A program made the translations under genes and the position numbers. 64,000 nt of DNA from Flectonema sp. DT1601. Its lineage: Eukaryota. A model generated the notes under the pieces. That model did no database searches, was not told the origin of the DNA, and saw only the letters and a list, made by a program, of their open reading frames with translations. Below are positions 43,986 through 58,244 of this stretch, in pieces. Where the stretch lies: the NCBI GenBank assembly GCA_964019425.1, contig OZ025789.1, positions 868,001 through 932,000 of the forward strand. The letters run 5' to 3'. Within the stretch, counting starts at the first letter, position 1; each line of letters begins with the position of its first letter.

Positions 43986-46900
43986 GTTATGCTTTACCTG
44001 GAAAGTGTTGTGTTTTTGGTAATAAGAAGCTTGCCTTGTAACAGTAGATGAATGTGATGATGGCTGTCAGAAAGAAGATACACTTGTAATCAATAATAGA
44101 AACACAAACTAATAGAATGTTAAATTATAAAAAGTAAAAAAAGCTTGAGAGGAAACACGTCTACTAAAAACAACATTTTTTTTTTTTTTTTTTTGAAGGT
44201 ACTTGGCTACCCTCATTTTTTTTTTGTTAAAGTTGTTTTCATTTGTTTTCTTTTTTTCTTTACCTTTCTTATTTTTTTTTCCTTTTTTTTTTTTTTTTTT
44301 TTTTTTTCCCTCCCTTCTTACCTCATATTGCCAATCAGTTCCCATTTTTTTTTTTTTTTTTTCAATATTTCCATTTACTCACCCAAAGCTTCCTTTGCAG
44401 TTATACAGTACTCATCATGTTATATTTATTTACTTATTTATCAAAGTCAAGGAAGCCAATCACCAGACTAAGGTTGATTTACTGACGAGATGAGACGTAG
44501 ACGAATCCGAAGCAAATGACTACCCACACCAATTGCATGCACAAAAGCAAACAATATCGGTGACGAAGATAATTAGGGTAAGAATTCACCCCTAAACACG
44601 TAGTTGTTAAGACTCGAAAAACACTGACCTTTTGACAGGCTGTTTTCTTTTATCCTTTTTACTGCATAAAAGTAGAGTGCCTGTTCGGCTTGTTAAGTGT
44701 TGTACGTACAAAAAAAACAAAAAAAAATTATTTTTTTTGAAATATGAAATGAAAGGCAAATGAGTTGCAAATCTGAAAAAGCAAACACAGGGAAGGCTAT
44801 GCGTAAGCAGGATGGTCGTATGCGTTCGCGCAACAAACATCTGCTACACAAATTCCATAAATGAAATATTACCTCCCGACAAGGAAAAAAAAAAAAGTTT
44901 TTTTTTTGAGGGAAAAAAAAATAAGGGGGGAGAAGAAGAAAAGAAAGAAAAAAAAGAAAATAACATCTTTTTTTTTTAAAGAAAATAACAGAGAGAGAGA
45001 GAGATGAAATAACAAAGGGGAAAAGGGGAGAAGAAAGAAAAAAAAACCATACAAAGGGAAAATGGGGTAATGAATGGAAAATAATGTAGCAAGCACTCCG
45101 CGGTTGCGTAGTACCATACTGTAGAATTAAAAATGAAGTGGCCTACTATTTTAGAAAGGAGGACTAACAGAAGCACGCAAGGTGTATTCCCACCACTCCA
45201 CGGAGTTTCTACTTCCATTCTGGTAGCAATCTAGAATACACGCAGTATTGGAGAACTATAAAACGAAATGTTGAACAGCAACAGGTGTCACATGAAAAAA
45301 AAGGGAGTGGGAAAAAAAATAATCCTCCCCCTCCTTTTCAGTCACCACATTTTCAACAACGCGAGAGGAAGTGAGTTTAGGAGGTTTAGACTACAACAAA
45401 AAGAAAAACAGGTGGTACTGGGGAAATCAATCATACACAGCGTTCAACAGCAGGGGATTGAGAAAGGAAACAGTACTCTAATTCCTGTGTACACACGATT
45501 TAACGAAATTACGAACGTGTGATCTCAACCGATATAAATAACTTTTTTAGAATCGAAACGTTTATCGACAATCCTATCAACAAGAATATCAGTAATTTGT
45601 GAAGTTTTCAATCGTGGGAAAAAAAAGAGAACAGTGTACGGAACCTTTTCTATATACATGTCAACAAGACGAAAGGAAGGAGGGGGAAAGGTTTTTGGGA
45701 TGAACAAATAATATTTAAAAAAAAAAAAAAGAAAAAAAAATAATAACAATATAAAAAAAAATAGAAGTCGATCTTCGTCTCATTATGAGAAAGCGTGTAT
45801 CTATTTTTTGGGAAAAATATTTTTTTCTACCTTATTTTTTTTTTTTTTTTTTTCTCCACTTCTCTTCCAGTTGAGAACTTTCGCTGCTTTGACGACGTTC
45901 AACAGACGAAGAAATCAAAATAAAATAAAAAAAAAAGAGGAAAAATTTATTTAAAAAAAAAAAGAAGCAAAAAAAGTCAGCTTGTGTTTGATACACTATA
46001 TCGCTGCTTTTTTTTTTTTTTTTTTTTTGAATTTTTTGATGCCAACCAACAGTATTCGTTTCGATATATATGTAGTAATAATCCATCCTTCTATTGCCCC
46101 TCTTGACACGTTTTTTTTTTTTTTTTAAATTTAATTTTACTTTATTCATGTTCAATACTCGCTTGTAGTCTTGCGATTTTTCATTTTTTTTTTGGTGTTT
46201 TTTTTGTCAAAATCCAGTTTGCATGCAATAAAGAAGAAAATAAATTATATATAAAAAAAAAGAAGAAGAAGAAGAAAAAAAAAAAAACGAATATGCGATT
46301 ATGATATTCGTTTCATTTCTTCAGTTGATTGCGTTTCCTTACTACTACAGGTTAATAGAGAACTAACGTCATGTTAAAAGTTCTACTTGGATCGTAAAGC
46401 ATGACAGAGGAACAGTCGGCGGAGGAATCTTTGAATGAAATTGGAATAAGGGAAAAAAAAAAAAAAAAAGAGAATAAAAAATAAAAGCAATAACAGTAAG
46501 AAAAAATATAAAAAAATAAGAAAAATACAATATTATTAGGGAGGATCACCGTAAGGCGAGCCGTCCGGGTTGGGAAAAAGGAGACAAAAGTGAACTACAG
46601 AACTGCCTTGTATTTCTGTATTTATTACGTAATAATTTGATTTTTTTTTTTTGATTTTTTTTTTTTAAAAAAAACTTGTTTTTTCTCTCCATTCTTAATT
46701 TTTTTTTTTCTTTTTTGCAAACAGCCACCTCTGCTGTGAATATCGAGAACGTGTCCTCGTCTTCACAGCTGAATCAGAAAGGAAGTAGACATTGTAGAAG
46801 CAAATTGAAGGGGAAAAAAAATAAACAGAAAAAGGCGGGAAAAAACGAGAAAAAAAATTGGCTGGGGAAAAAAGATTAAATAAAGAGCTAATGACCAACA

Positions 46901-48012
46901 TACCTCAGAAGAGGTTTCGCTGGGTTTTTTTTTTTTGTTTTTTTCTTTTTGTTTTTTTTTTATTATTATTATTTTTTTTTTTTTTAGCTTTTTAAGACAA
47001 AGGCATAAGAGAAATTTAATTCAAGTATTCCGGCTCTTTTTTTTTTTTTTTTTTTTTTCATTTTGTGTCTCCATATAAGAACATTGAACAACGCCGGTAA
47101 GCGCTATCAACAAGGGGATTGTGAGGTTCAGACTGATATTTAACAACTACGGATGTCTTTGGAATGGGGGGAAAAAAAAAAAAAAAAAAAAAATAGCTAC
47201 AACAATAGATTCCTAATGATAAGCAAAAAAATGCTCCCTCCTACGACAACCTTTTTTTTTTTTTTTTTTTTTTTTTGCAAACAAAGATGCATGTGGCGCG
47301 ACTGCATTTCATCAAAAAAGAGCGCTGTGACGCATAATGTTGAAGCCCGAAGGAGCTTCCCATTGCCAGTACACGCTACGTCGCACATGGGTACACAACC
47401 CAACACACGTCTTGAATGATTATAAAAACGGTGTCAAAAAAAAGAACATCTACTTAGTCATTGGAAAAAATTGGGGGAAAATAAAAAAATAAATGAAAAA
47501 CCATTAGCAGTAACCATGCATTATCTACCTGAATGCAGAAGCTTTCCACTCATTTGATTTTTTCATTTTAAGAAAAAGATTTAACAACAGGGATTGGGAA
47601 TTGGAAGTGGGTATCGAGATGTAATTCCCAGTTACGCAGTTCTTCTTTACAAGAATAGCTGATGAGAAAAAAAGTGTCTCAAAAAGAGGCACTACTAGGG
47701 GAAACGACAACCTTCTTCTAAAAGAAAGTATAAATAAAGCAATTATGATGTAATAAGGGAGGGGAAATCTCTTTTTTTTTTTTTTTTTTTTTTAGTTTTT
47801 TTTGTAGTAATCTCTATAGGAATTCCGCTAGTAAGCAACCCACCTAGAGGCAGGGGGTCTTTTATTTTTTTAATTATAATTTTAAGAATCGCTGCCGCCA
47901 AGATGGCTAGCAACACTAACAGAATATTAAACTGATCAAGCAACAGAAAACGATGCCCAGAGCTGAAATAAATTCATCACCTTTGAAGTTATCCAAACGT
48001 GAGAGAAAATAT

Positions 48013-49189
48013 TTATCGAGGCATAGGTGTGCAAGAACGTTGGCAAACCGCCCCAGACTTTGGACAAACACGTCTCAAATGACGCGGAGATAGAGGTGGA
48101 GCACGTGGAAGGATATCGTTCAAGAACAGTCCCTCACGTCTTGAAACAGCCTGAATCACATTGTGGTGGTATTGAGCTCTGCAAGCCTGCTCATACGGAT
48201 CGATGTTGTAAGACATTGACTGTCTGCCTTCAAGAAACATTCTCAGCATAGAAATATTTTTTATAACAGTCTGATAATCGCCCTGCTGCATATCTCTATC
48301 AGATGCTTCTTTAATGTGAACCCATCTGGCTCTCAATGTACTCAGTCTGCTTCTAACAACATCCTTGTGCAATTCTGGTCTTTCCAACACATCTTTTGGG
48401 TTGGCATGGAAACCAGCGTCTCTATAAATATAGTTTTGTCTGAATCTCCTGACCGGTCTTGGTTCCGATCTCAGAACTTCCATATCAGTCAAGTGGTCCG
48501 CTTGATCTTTTAAGTGTTGCTTTTCCTTTCGGTATCCCTCACCAACAAGTACCTTAATTCTGTTAAGGATTTGAATTATTTTTTTTTTTGGAATTGAAAA
48601 TAAAATTGTGATTAAAAACTATAAAACATTACATACCTTACCATGCTGTCCTGTCTGCCCCACGCTGTGGAATGTCTGAAGTTCTCAATGTATGCTTCAC
48701 GTTGCTGTTATTGTTTGTTTATTATTACCGAAAGTGATGACAATATGTCACAACAAGCAGTTAGGATAAAAAAGAACATACGGCAGCTTTTTCATGTCTA
48801 ATTTGCATTTCTTGACTCTCAAGTTGTTCAACGGAGAGACGATGACCAGCGTAGCGAGAGTAAGGTCGGCATGGCTCTGATGGCTCAGACAAAGTGTCTT
48901 GAGACTGTTCACTTGGGTCCTCATCGTTTAAGAATTGATCACTGCTTTGAGAATCTGGAGAGTCGTCTATCTGATAATCATCCTCATAATCGATATCATC
49001 ATCGATTGATAAGGCTTCAAGATCATCAGTAATTCTGTTAACTTCATCTTCATCTGAGTTTATTGAATCACAGCCGCTCTCATCAAATAAACGACCAATT
49101 CCGTGCAACGTCGGAGAGACCTCCTCTCCCTGTTGTTCTACTTCTCCCTTCTCAATCTTCTCCAAAACTAATGACTTATGAATTGACAT
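48013..49189 (-). CDS. Hypothetical protein with acidic N-terminus, 3 exons
   Basis: ORF pieces joined by GT-AG introns near 48705-48781 and 48560-48637; no family recognised. Confidence 0.6.
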
Positions 49190-49420
49190 CTTTCTAATAA
49201 TTACGAAGATTACGAGTAATAAGAATTGAAAGGTGACGAAGACGTCCACTTTTTGTGTTGAAGAGTTGGAAGGGGTGGGGAAGAGGGGTCTGGTTATGAA
49301 ATAATAATTTTAAAAACAAACACTAAACACTTCACTACAAAAGCTGCCTCCAGTAGCAACACCTGCTGTAAGAGAATAAAGATAACAACACATCCACAAT
49401 GATACACACAATTATTAAAC

Positions 49421-49546
49421 CAGAAGGTATGAGAGATGGCAACTGCTAACAGAAGGTATGAGAGATGGCAACTGCTAACAGAAGGTATGAGAGATGGCAA
49501 CTGCTAACAGAAGGTATGAGAGATGGCAACTGCTAACAGAAGGTAT
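49421..49546. repeat. 29-bp minisatellite (CAGAAGGTATGAGAGATGGCAACTGCTAA) x4 plus a partial unit
   Basis: Units start at 49421, 49450, 49479, 49508, 49537; no spacers. Confidence 0.95.
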
Positions 49547-49619
49547 AAAAATATGAGAGATGAGTAGGTCAACAGGTAACCTAACAATGAGAGATTGTTT
49601 AAAAACACAAGATCACCAT

Positions 49620-52462
49620 TTACAGATTAAGCAACGAATCTAACCCTCCAGACCCGATACTTGTCATCTTTAATCTCTTCATAGAATGAGAATCGTTATC
49701 TGAAGACAACGGAAACATTGACGTCTTCAATGAAGATGCAGAGACTGGTGCTATGGAAGTAGCAGCGTGTGTTGAAAGGTCGAGTGGATATGAGATGGTA
49801 TCGATGTCATCGTTCTTAGTAACAGACTTTGGAATCCAAGTAGTACTCGCAATTGAAGAGGGTTTTCGTTCGACTGTTTCACAAAGTTCTTGCGTGTCAT
49901 TATCATCATCGAGTTGTTTATCTTTTATTACTTCAGGAAGTTCTTCAACTTCCATCAGACTTTGAAGACTGCAGCCGGTGGATTCAATTTCACTCTGCAG
50001 TCGCTTTAAGCAAAGCAACAAATCTTCATTTCCTAAATTCGAATTACCACAAACAGTCAACACCCTATCAGCATACGTATGCAGAACTAAAAAGGGTTCA
50101 GTTGTGTCCCCTCCTTCTGCTGATAGTCTTCTACAAAGCTGCTCTGCCTGAGTAGTTATTTCTTTTGGAAGTTCCATTTGTTTTGATAAAGTAATCCCGT
50201 ACATCTTCTCTGTACAAGAACCCGACTCAAGCTGATGAAGGTGCTGCATAGAATCTTTATTCTTACACTGCGTTACAAAGTGAATATTTTGTACGATCTT
50301 CGGGTATACGCTTGCCAGAGTCTGACAAAGAGTGAAGTGAGTAGCGAATAGTGTCATCGCCTTGCTGTGAATTAAGGAATCAATTACCGCTAATGCGGTT
50401 GCTACTCCTTCGTCGTTTGATGTTCCCCTACCTAGTTCATCAATGATAACAAGTGACTTGTGATCAGCTGACAAGACTGTAGAATAATAATTAACAACAG
50501 TGAGATTGATTATATAAAGAAATAACAACACAAAACACATACCGATATTCGCAGTCTCCCTCATCTCCATAGCGAAGGTGCTTGCATTATCCTCAAGTGA
50601 ATCATCGAGACTGAGCCTTGTAAAGATTCTATTCACCAATGGGATATGAGCTTCTGATGCCGGAAGCATGATTCCAATATGAGCCATTACTACTAACAAG
50701 GCTACTTGAATTAAGTACGTTGTCTTTCCGCTCATGTTCGGACCTGAAACAATCAAAACAGAACTACCAGAAGACATGTCAGTATTGTTTGCTATAAACG
50801 AAGGACCCATTCGTCTATCAAGAAGTGGATGTCTTCCTTGTTTGATGTGAAGTTTCTCATCGAGTTTTGGTCGAACTCGATTCTCAGTCATCGTTGCATG
50901 TGTTGCTCCAGATTGGAGTAAATCTAATAAAGCGATGGCTTCACTTGCTCCAAAGAGAACTAACATTTTATTCCTAATCGCATCTAAGAGATGTTGAAGC
51001 TGCAGATTAGTCCTCTGAGTTATAGTGTGTTAACACATTGTGCTTGTTGTTGTTAACAAAGATAACATACCTGAATGATATCCCCATAACACTCTTTCAA
51101 CCTATTGTTGAGCCCCACCAGTACTTTAGTTGTGAACTGAACATGTTTCTTCAGTTCAACTTTGCTTATTATCTCATCATCAGTTTTCTTTGGAAGATCA
51201 CCCTTCTCACACTGTAAAAAGAAACCTTTTAAAGGCTTGTATTGAGTTTTTAATGAAGATATTTGCCTTGATGTTGCGAATTCTGATGAAACTTTATAAA
51301 TATTTGACAGAACCTGAGTGTATTGACATCTGAATATGTCAAGCATACCATCGATACCAGTTCGTATGGCAAAAACTTGAATTGTTTTTGTGACTGATGA
51401 CGAGTTTTGTGATTTCTTTGAGTCAGAGATTGACACTCCAGGATCAACGTATGTGTCAATGATATCTCTCACTGGTTCATATTCTTGAGAGGAAAGCGTT
51501 TTTTCAATTGAAGACAATAAAACGTCACTCAAACATCCCTCTAATGTCATTACGATTGACGGAATCATTTGTAACACTCCACGAAGACCTAATATGTGTT
51601 TTATCGTTTGACTTGAAGCATCTGTAGTTGCTGTTGCTGAGCTGCTGCTTACTGCAAAGTTCGATAACAAGTGATCAAAATCACTTTTTATTTTTGTTAA
51701 ATGTTTTCTAATTTCTAGTCTTTTGTCATCTCTTTTTATGAGAAGTTCAACCGAGTCATACCGAGCTTCAAGAGTAACTTTATTACAGGCGGGCATTAAG
51801 ACGTTTGAACGAAGTAGTCTCCTTCCTCCTTGAGTTAGTGTGTAGTCGATTGAACAAAGAAGGCTTCGAGAATTTTTATATTTTGAGTTTGTTACTGATT
51901 GCGTGAGAGGCTCAATAAGTTGAAGTAATTTACTGCTTTCTCGATTGATTGCTACTCTTGAAGACAGGCAACGGTAGTGAACCCGAATTGATTTTTCAGC
52001 TAACGTTGCTTTTCTTAAGTATTCGAGATACCTAATAATAGCGCAACCTGCTGCAACTGATAAGTACCTTTCAGATGATTGAAGCTCTAAGTTTGTTGTA
52101 TCAGAACAAGACAGATGATTAAGATATCGTAATCCGCTAACTTCACTGAAATCTCTTCTAGCGACCGATAGGAATGTCACACTGTCTCCAAGATTCTTTC
52201 TCAAGAGGCGAATAAAATCAGATTCGATGGAAGTCGCAGGCAATACAATCTCCGCCACACCCAGTTGATATACCAATGTTAAAGTACAAGGTAGTGTTGG
52301 TTGATCAGTGTATTGCATTAATTCAAGCTCAAGTGTTTGTAAGTTACATGTGCAAACACCAATATCATTTCCTTTATTAGCAATTATAGCCATCACTACT
52401 TCTCCTTTATAGTGATTCGTTGTTGTTGTTGAACATGATGTAACACTTTGTGTTCCCCACAT
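49620..52462 (-). CDS. MSH4: MutS homolog 4 (meiotic MutS-gamma); introns 51015-51070 and 50477-50542
   Basis: GRHP, GPNMSGKTTYL, STFAMEM, DELGRGTS, FATHF; no mismatch-recognition domain; N-terminal VVMAI...DIGV..LMQYTD pattern. Confidence 0.8.
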
Positions 52463-54201
52463 GTCTCAGCTGTACTGTGTTAGCTGTTACAAAGGATGAC
52501 ATTAGAGATGTGAGTCTTAAAATAATACAAACAATCAGTAGCGAACTAAAACAGGTTATAGAGTGATTGGCTTGTTTAACAAACATCAGAAAAAGTTATC
52601 ATCATCACTGCAGTTGTTTGCATCGTGTGATCATAATGTTAGAGAAGAGAAAAAGAAAAGAAAAATATGAACAACGGGAAAGAAGGGAAAGAAAGTTTTT
52701 TTTTTTTCCTTTTTTTTTTTTTTTCCCCCCTCCTGTCATCAGCAACTACTTGGTAGGGAATGAAACAAAAAACAAAAACAAAAAAAGGAATTCAAGCATA
52801 GAATACATAGGGACTACGCAAGTCTACACGAATAAGATTATCTTTCCTTTAGGAAGGTTTAGGTTATAGAAAGTTTAATTGGGTGGTGTTACTTTTAAAG
52901 TACTATTCTGTACTCTTTATATATATCTGACACGTTAGTAGTCTGGTCTGCTGGTTGTGTTCTTTTTGATTGGTTTATAACCTATGTCATGAATAGATTA
53001 TTTTCAAGGTTTTTTTTTTTATAAAGTCAATCCATAGCCGTTCTTTCTTGACAAAAGAAATAAAACAAAAAAAGAGTCAGTTGCGAAGAAGGCTGAAAGT
53101 GGTTCTCAAAAGTTTTATGTTTTTTTATTTTTATTTTTTTCCGCACACTCTGAGGGTAACAATGGCCCCTCCAATTGATTTGCTAAACTTTCTGAACAAC
53201 ATAAGAACCAAAGCCCAACATCACCAAAATTCGACTCAACAAAGTCTATTTTTTTTTTTTCCTTTCTAACTTTAAATTTAAGTACAGAAAAGACAAGGTA
53301 AGCTTATCAAGCAAATGGGTGTCGCAAAAGAATGAAAAATTTCAGATTACTTCTCTCTGCATAATTATGACAACGACCCATCAGTGAACTCTGCCCCTAC
53401 AAATAACAAGTGTAGGTCAGTAGCTAGAATGGGAAAGAAGAAGGGCAATGTACGACAACAATAATAATAAAGATATAACCCCTCTCTAGCTGACCTGTTG
53501 CTGTAATAGTCGTAAACAGGACAAGGAAAAAAGAGGAAAGGAGGATGCGCAAATCATTCTTTTCAAGATTAATATCATCGGCTCTGCGTATCCAAAGTCC
53601 ACAACATATTTTCATGAAACAGGTAGCTTTTTTATAAGCTTGCAATTCTCGGCGGGTACACAACAGAAAATGAAGAAATAGTCAACTTGTTTGGTGATTT
53701 TGTTGTTGCTGTTTTTTTTGATCTATTTACTGAGGTTAGAGAAGTCAAGCTCCAGGAAAGCCCCGCGCGGGGTTGCTGTGACACTCCCGTTAGGACTCAC
53801 TCACAGCAGATTGCATTTTCTTTCAAAACAAAATGCAGTTGATGCAGTCCAGTTCAATTCCCGAAAGGTGAACTTACCGGAGAATACAGAGAACGATGCT
53901 TCACAATCGACTACAACAAACAAAAAGGGATCATGCTTTGTCGTTTCATATGCACTTCTTATGGACCAATGCTTGCAGAGGAACCAAAGTAAGTTGCTTC
54001 TTTTGAGAACAAAGCAATCCAGAATATCATAACTAAAAGGTACTATTTTTATTTAAGTACTTCTTTGTTACGAGTGTGAGCAATAGTTGCATTCCGTACA
54101 CTACTTTTTTTTTGAATGATTTCTTCTGACTATATGCAATATAAGGGTATTAAAGACATAGACTATATAGCCACCACAAAACTAATTGTGTGCTGTCTAC
54201 A

Positions 54202-55167
54202 CTACGCGCATTGCGCGCTATCCGTCTGCTGTTGGTGTTGCTTTGATTCTTGAAAGCATCTCTTCAGTCCGATCTTGTAGCTGCTGCATTTGTGATCAAC
54301 AAAGCTGGTAAATAACCCATGGTGGCTTGCATTGTCTAGCCATTCAGTGGCGGAGTATAACATATTTTTGTAAACTCCACATTTACTGGCGACGTAGAAA
54401 TTATCATGAACCGATATGTAATGTTGGATACCACAGTGATGATAGTTTGGAATGATTAAACCCATTCCTGTTAATGGATAGCGTGTCACAACATCAGTCT
54501 CATGCACCCAACGAGAATACCTGTTACCAATTGCCTCGTCATAGCCATTGCAGAAATCAAGATTTCCAACTCTTGGAGATCCGAATGATACGATATCAAG
54601 GGGGAGATCTTTTTTAAGCTCCTGAAGTTTATTTAAGTACGCCTCATCCTTGTGAATTCTGTAGGAGTACAAAGTAGCTAAAGCCCCTCCAAGAGAATGA
54701 CCAGTAATTACACTGCGGGTGGTGTTGGAGTCGATGTTGCGGAGAAACTCCTCCGTCACTTCATCAAAACTCTTTACATGACCATTCAGGAATCCGCGAT
54801 GAACCCTTCCTGGGAAGTATGGGGACTTGACTAAGTGCATGGATACGTCTTTGAGACAGTCACGTGCGCTCTCAGTACCACGGAATGCGACAACAGTTGT
54901 CTTTCCGTCTTTACTCTTTCCTATAACAGCTTGTGTGTCATCACCTTTAATATCAATCAACTTCCAACCTTCAGGTAAGTTGTTAACGTCTGTCTCGTAG
55001 GCTACTGAACACCAGTCAAGGTACTCATTTGCTTCCTCTGAATCTGCGTCAGACATTCGGTTCTTTTTGTAATCATCACCAGGGTTTACATGTTTTGGGA
55101 AGAATACCCATCTCACAGCTCCACAGATTGTACCTGTGGTCACATTAAACATTGTCATGAGTACCAT
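54202..55167 (-). CDS. Class 3 lipase (start codon uncertain)
   Basis: VVAFRGTES, VHRGF, TGHSLGGALA, FGSPRVGN, DVVTRYP. Confidence 0.92.
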   Translation of the reverse strand: MVLMTMFNVTTGTICGAVRWVFFPKHVNPGDDYKKNRMSDADSEEANEYLDWCSVAYETDVNNLPEGWKLIDIKGDDTQAVIGKSKDGKTTVVAFRGTESARDCLKDVSMHLVKSPYFPGRVHRGFLNGHVKSFDEVTEEFLRNIDSNTTRSVITGHSLGGALATLYSYRIHKDEAYLNKLQELKKDLPLDIVSFGSPRVGNLDFCNGYDEAIGNRYSRWVHETDVVTRYPLTGMGLIIPNYHHCGIQHYISVHDNFYVASKCGVYKNMLYSATEWLDNASHHGLFTSFVDHKCSSYKIGLKRCFQESKQHQQQTDSAQCA

Positions 55168-56675
55168 TGTTAGTGTGTTGGAGGTTCGGTAATCTGGAAT
55201 AGGAAACAAAGATAAGTTTATTTTTCCCTCACTGACTCAAAACATTCACCCTACAGATATTCGCACACGGGTTTTGACTTGAACGATGTGACGGAAGTTG
55301 TAAAAATCCGCCATCGGAGTTGTGCTTAGAAAACACGATTCCCCCCCTTTCGTTAAAAAAAGAATAGGAAACCTTTCACTCCTACGTTATATAATCAGTT
55401 AGGCTTGTAACCTTTCAACTGGTAGTGGACTTATTGAAGATAGAAAAAGTCAAAACCCAGGAATAGTATTCACACACTCAATAGACATTCTAGTACGTCA
55501 GGGAAGTGTGTATTGCATTGTGCTGTACAATCCCATAAGTGTTACTAAAACATGAAATTAAAACAAACAAACAAACCATAAAATACCCAAGAGGCATAGC
55601 AGGGTTAGAACGAAATTAAGAGACATACAGATATAAGTGATTCCTAAAAAACATTTCAAATCGATTGACGTGTTTATAATGGTATTCTATAACATAAGGA
55701 AAACAAGATACTCAGAAACAGGAGGATCTTTTCTCTTATTTTTTTTTTTTTTAAATTTCCCTCCTGAGAGAATCTCGTGATCATTCTCTAAATCGACGAC
55801 AAGGAGAGAACGAAACTGATACAAAAATGAAACATAAAGTAAACTAAAGTAACCATAAAGAAAAGAAAGAAAAAGAGAACTGGACAGCCAAAAAAAAAGA
55901 ACAAGGCTACAACACGAATTATGAAGCCTTAACAAGCTAGCACAGATATTTTTTTTTTTTTTTTTTTTTGAAAAAAAAAAAACCAATATTAGTGAAAGAT
56001 GCATACATATTACGGTTAAGTGTTCTCCAATTCTAAGAGAGGGTTGTGATTGCTTTTTTTTTTTTTTTTTTTTAGAAATGGAATAAAACGTTCACTTGAT
56101 GAACAACTATTCAACTGTGATATGGCCAATGAAGCAATAGCCCATTCACAGTAGACCGTAATAAGAAATAGGAAAATAATATTTAAAAAAAAAAAAGTAA
56201 TAATAGAAAACCTTCAACCACTTTAGTTGCTGAGGTACAATCGAATTTAATTACGAAGTTGGAGAGAAGAATAAAAATGAGATAAAAAAAAGCATTTCGC
56301 AACACCCAATTTTTTGCAAAAACGAGCATGCAGTTCATTTTCCTGCAAAGTTATTAGCGATCCCTATAAACGCATTGCATTAAGAATTAAGTTTTTTTTT
56401 AGACAGTAAAAAAAAAAAATACACCCCCTGAAGCCTACGTAGTTAAGAGTAGATTGTTGTTTGATTTCTTTCAATAAAACTTTACTGTTGAGGGCGGGGT
56501 AATTATTTAGAAAGGACTATCTCACAGAACAGAGATAACCAAGTCACTTTAAAAGTAATTAATTGCTTTCGGAGAGTAAATCAGAATCCTTCTCTGACTG
56601 ATCTCCGTCTGCAGACGTCGGCTTTTGAGGAAGCGGAGAGTTCGTCCATGCGGATTTCTTTATATTGGCAATGAG

Positions 56676-58244
56676 TCAAGTATCAGGCAGGTGTTGTTGA
56701 TTAACGTCCACAGGAACAGAAACAGACTCCGCAGGGAAAGTCTGCTCTTGCTCAGGAGCTGCCGAAGGAGGAGGAGCATTTTCAGGAATGTGACTATAAC
56801 AACCAAGACACGCAAAGATGGTACTCAAGGTACAACCACAACACCCAACTACAACATAACAAGTTCGATCCCCGATAACGTCAGAATCCAGCAAGGCACC
56901 CAATACAATAGGACCCGGAATAGCCCCTACCAACCTGCTAGCAATGTTCAACAGTGCCATGCTGTGGGCTCTCAGGTGTGAAGGTACAATCGTTTTAGCG
57001 ATATTGAGAATCGCAACAGCTGGTAAAAACAGCGCCACACACGGAACAATCATTAAGGCGATAAATCCTCCAGTCGATTCCATGAAGAAACTAAAGAAGA
57101 AAGGAATGGCAGCTACCTGAAGACCGATTATTAATTTCCATTGTTGTATAACTGTCATTTGATACTTATCTAGAATCTTTCCTCCCACAACATAAGCAGT
57201 CACAATGAATGGAATAAAGACTGCAGTAAGATAACTGGAAGTTGACTTACTGTGACAAAGTGTTTTTTCAAAAAAACGAGGAGCAAAGGCAATGACGCCT
57301 GAACCAACAAAACTCATAGCTCCTTGAGATAATAATAAGAATGTCAGTTCGTGATTAGTAATTAGTCCCTTCAGTGCGGGGACAAGACTCATGAGGTCAT
57401 TACCGATGTGTTCAGATGTTTCAGCCCTTGATATACTGTCTGCTTTATATGCATCTCTTTCTGGTTTATAGTCGTCAAATTTCTTCTTAGAAAGGAACAC
57501 CCATATTGCAAATGGAACCGCAAGACCTGACAAGATCCAAAACCCAACTGGCCATCGATCACAGTCTAACTCTTCAGGTGGTAGTAAGTAGTAATATGAA
57601 TTAGTTTCGTAAGTAGTTCCGTTTGGGAAAGTTGCGAAATCTTGACGAAGACGTAGACGAGAATTCCCACAACTGTCGCTAGTATCAGAGCAATTCGACA
57701 GAAATAATCCAGCGAGACCCAGACCTAATACAACCCCCACAGGGACAGGTCCTAACATTGCTCCGGTGAATTTGCTGGCTTTTAATTTATCTCCGTACAT
57801 ATTATCGTCAATATGAACAAAAGACAGTACCCACAAAGGAGTAGCTCCAATTCCCATAATTATCTGACCAATGACGAACATCGACAAGTGTTTTCCAAAA
57901 CTGAAGAATATCGCTCCTCCTATAAATATTATCATACCGAATCCTATTGCTTTAGGCATGTCTTTGCATTTTTGAGCGACAGGAAGAGATGTTACGATAT
58001 ATGAGCAATCATACATTACTACAATAACTGCTAGTAGAGTTGGTTTGATTCCAAATTCGTCTTCTAAAGCTGTAAGCGTTGCTGTTATTAAACCCGTTGC
58101 GATTCCCGCTGCAAAGAAACATAAACAAGACATCATACCAACCATAAATTTAAACGTTTCATGTATTGAAACATTCTTTGATTTGATTTCGTTCGTCTTA
58201 AACGCCTCCTTCGTTGAGGAAGGTGATCCAGCGGGCAATTCCAT
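56676..58244 (-). CDS. MFS transporter, OATP/spinster-like
   Basis: GQIIMGIGATP, HIDDN, GAIPGPIVLGALLD; about 12 TM. Confidence 0.85.
   Translation of the reverse strand: MELPAGSPSSTKEAFKTNEIKSKNVSIHETFKFMVGMMSCLCFFAAGIATGLITATLTALEDEFGIKPTLLAVIVVMYDCSYIVTSLPVAQKCKDMPKAIGFGMIIFIGGAIFFSFGKHLSMFVIGQIIMGIGATPLWVLSFVHIDDNMYGDKLKASKFTGAMLGPVPVGVVLGLGLAGLFLSNCSDTSDSCGNSRLRLRQDFATFPNGTTYETNSYYYLLPPEELDCDRWPVGFWILSGLAVPFAIWVFLSKKKFDDYKPERDAYKADSISRAETSEHIGNDLMSLVPALKGLITNHELTFLLLSQGAMSFVGSGVIAFAPRFFEKTLCHSKSTSSYLTAVFIPFIVTAYVVGGKILDKYQMTVIQQWKLIIGLQVAAIPFFFSFFMESTGGFIALMIVPCVALFLPAVAILNIAKTIVPSHLRAHSMALLNIASRLVGAIPGPIVLGALLDSDVIGDRTCYVVVGCCGCTLSTIFACLGCYSHIPENAPPPSAAPEQEQTFPAESVSVPVDVNQQHLPDT

Noticed and set aside
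49421..49546. 29-bp repeats of CRISPR-like length
   Set aside because: Contiguous units with no spacers, no cas genes, eukaryotic context: a minisatellite
53859..53876. CCCGAAAGGTGAACT resembling an LSU rRNA motif
   Set aside because: About 15 nt with a gap and no flanking similarity; chance
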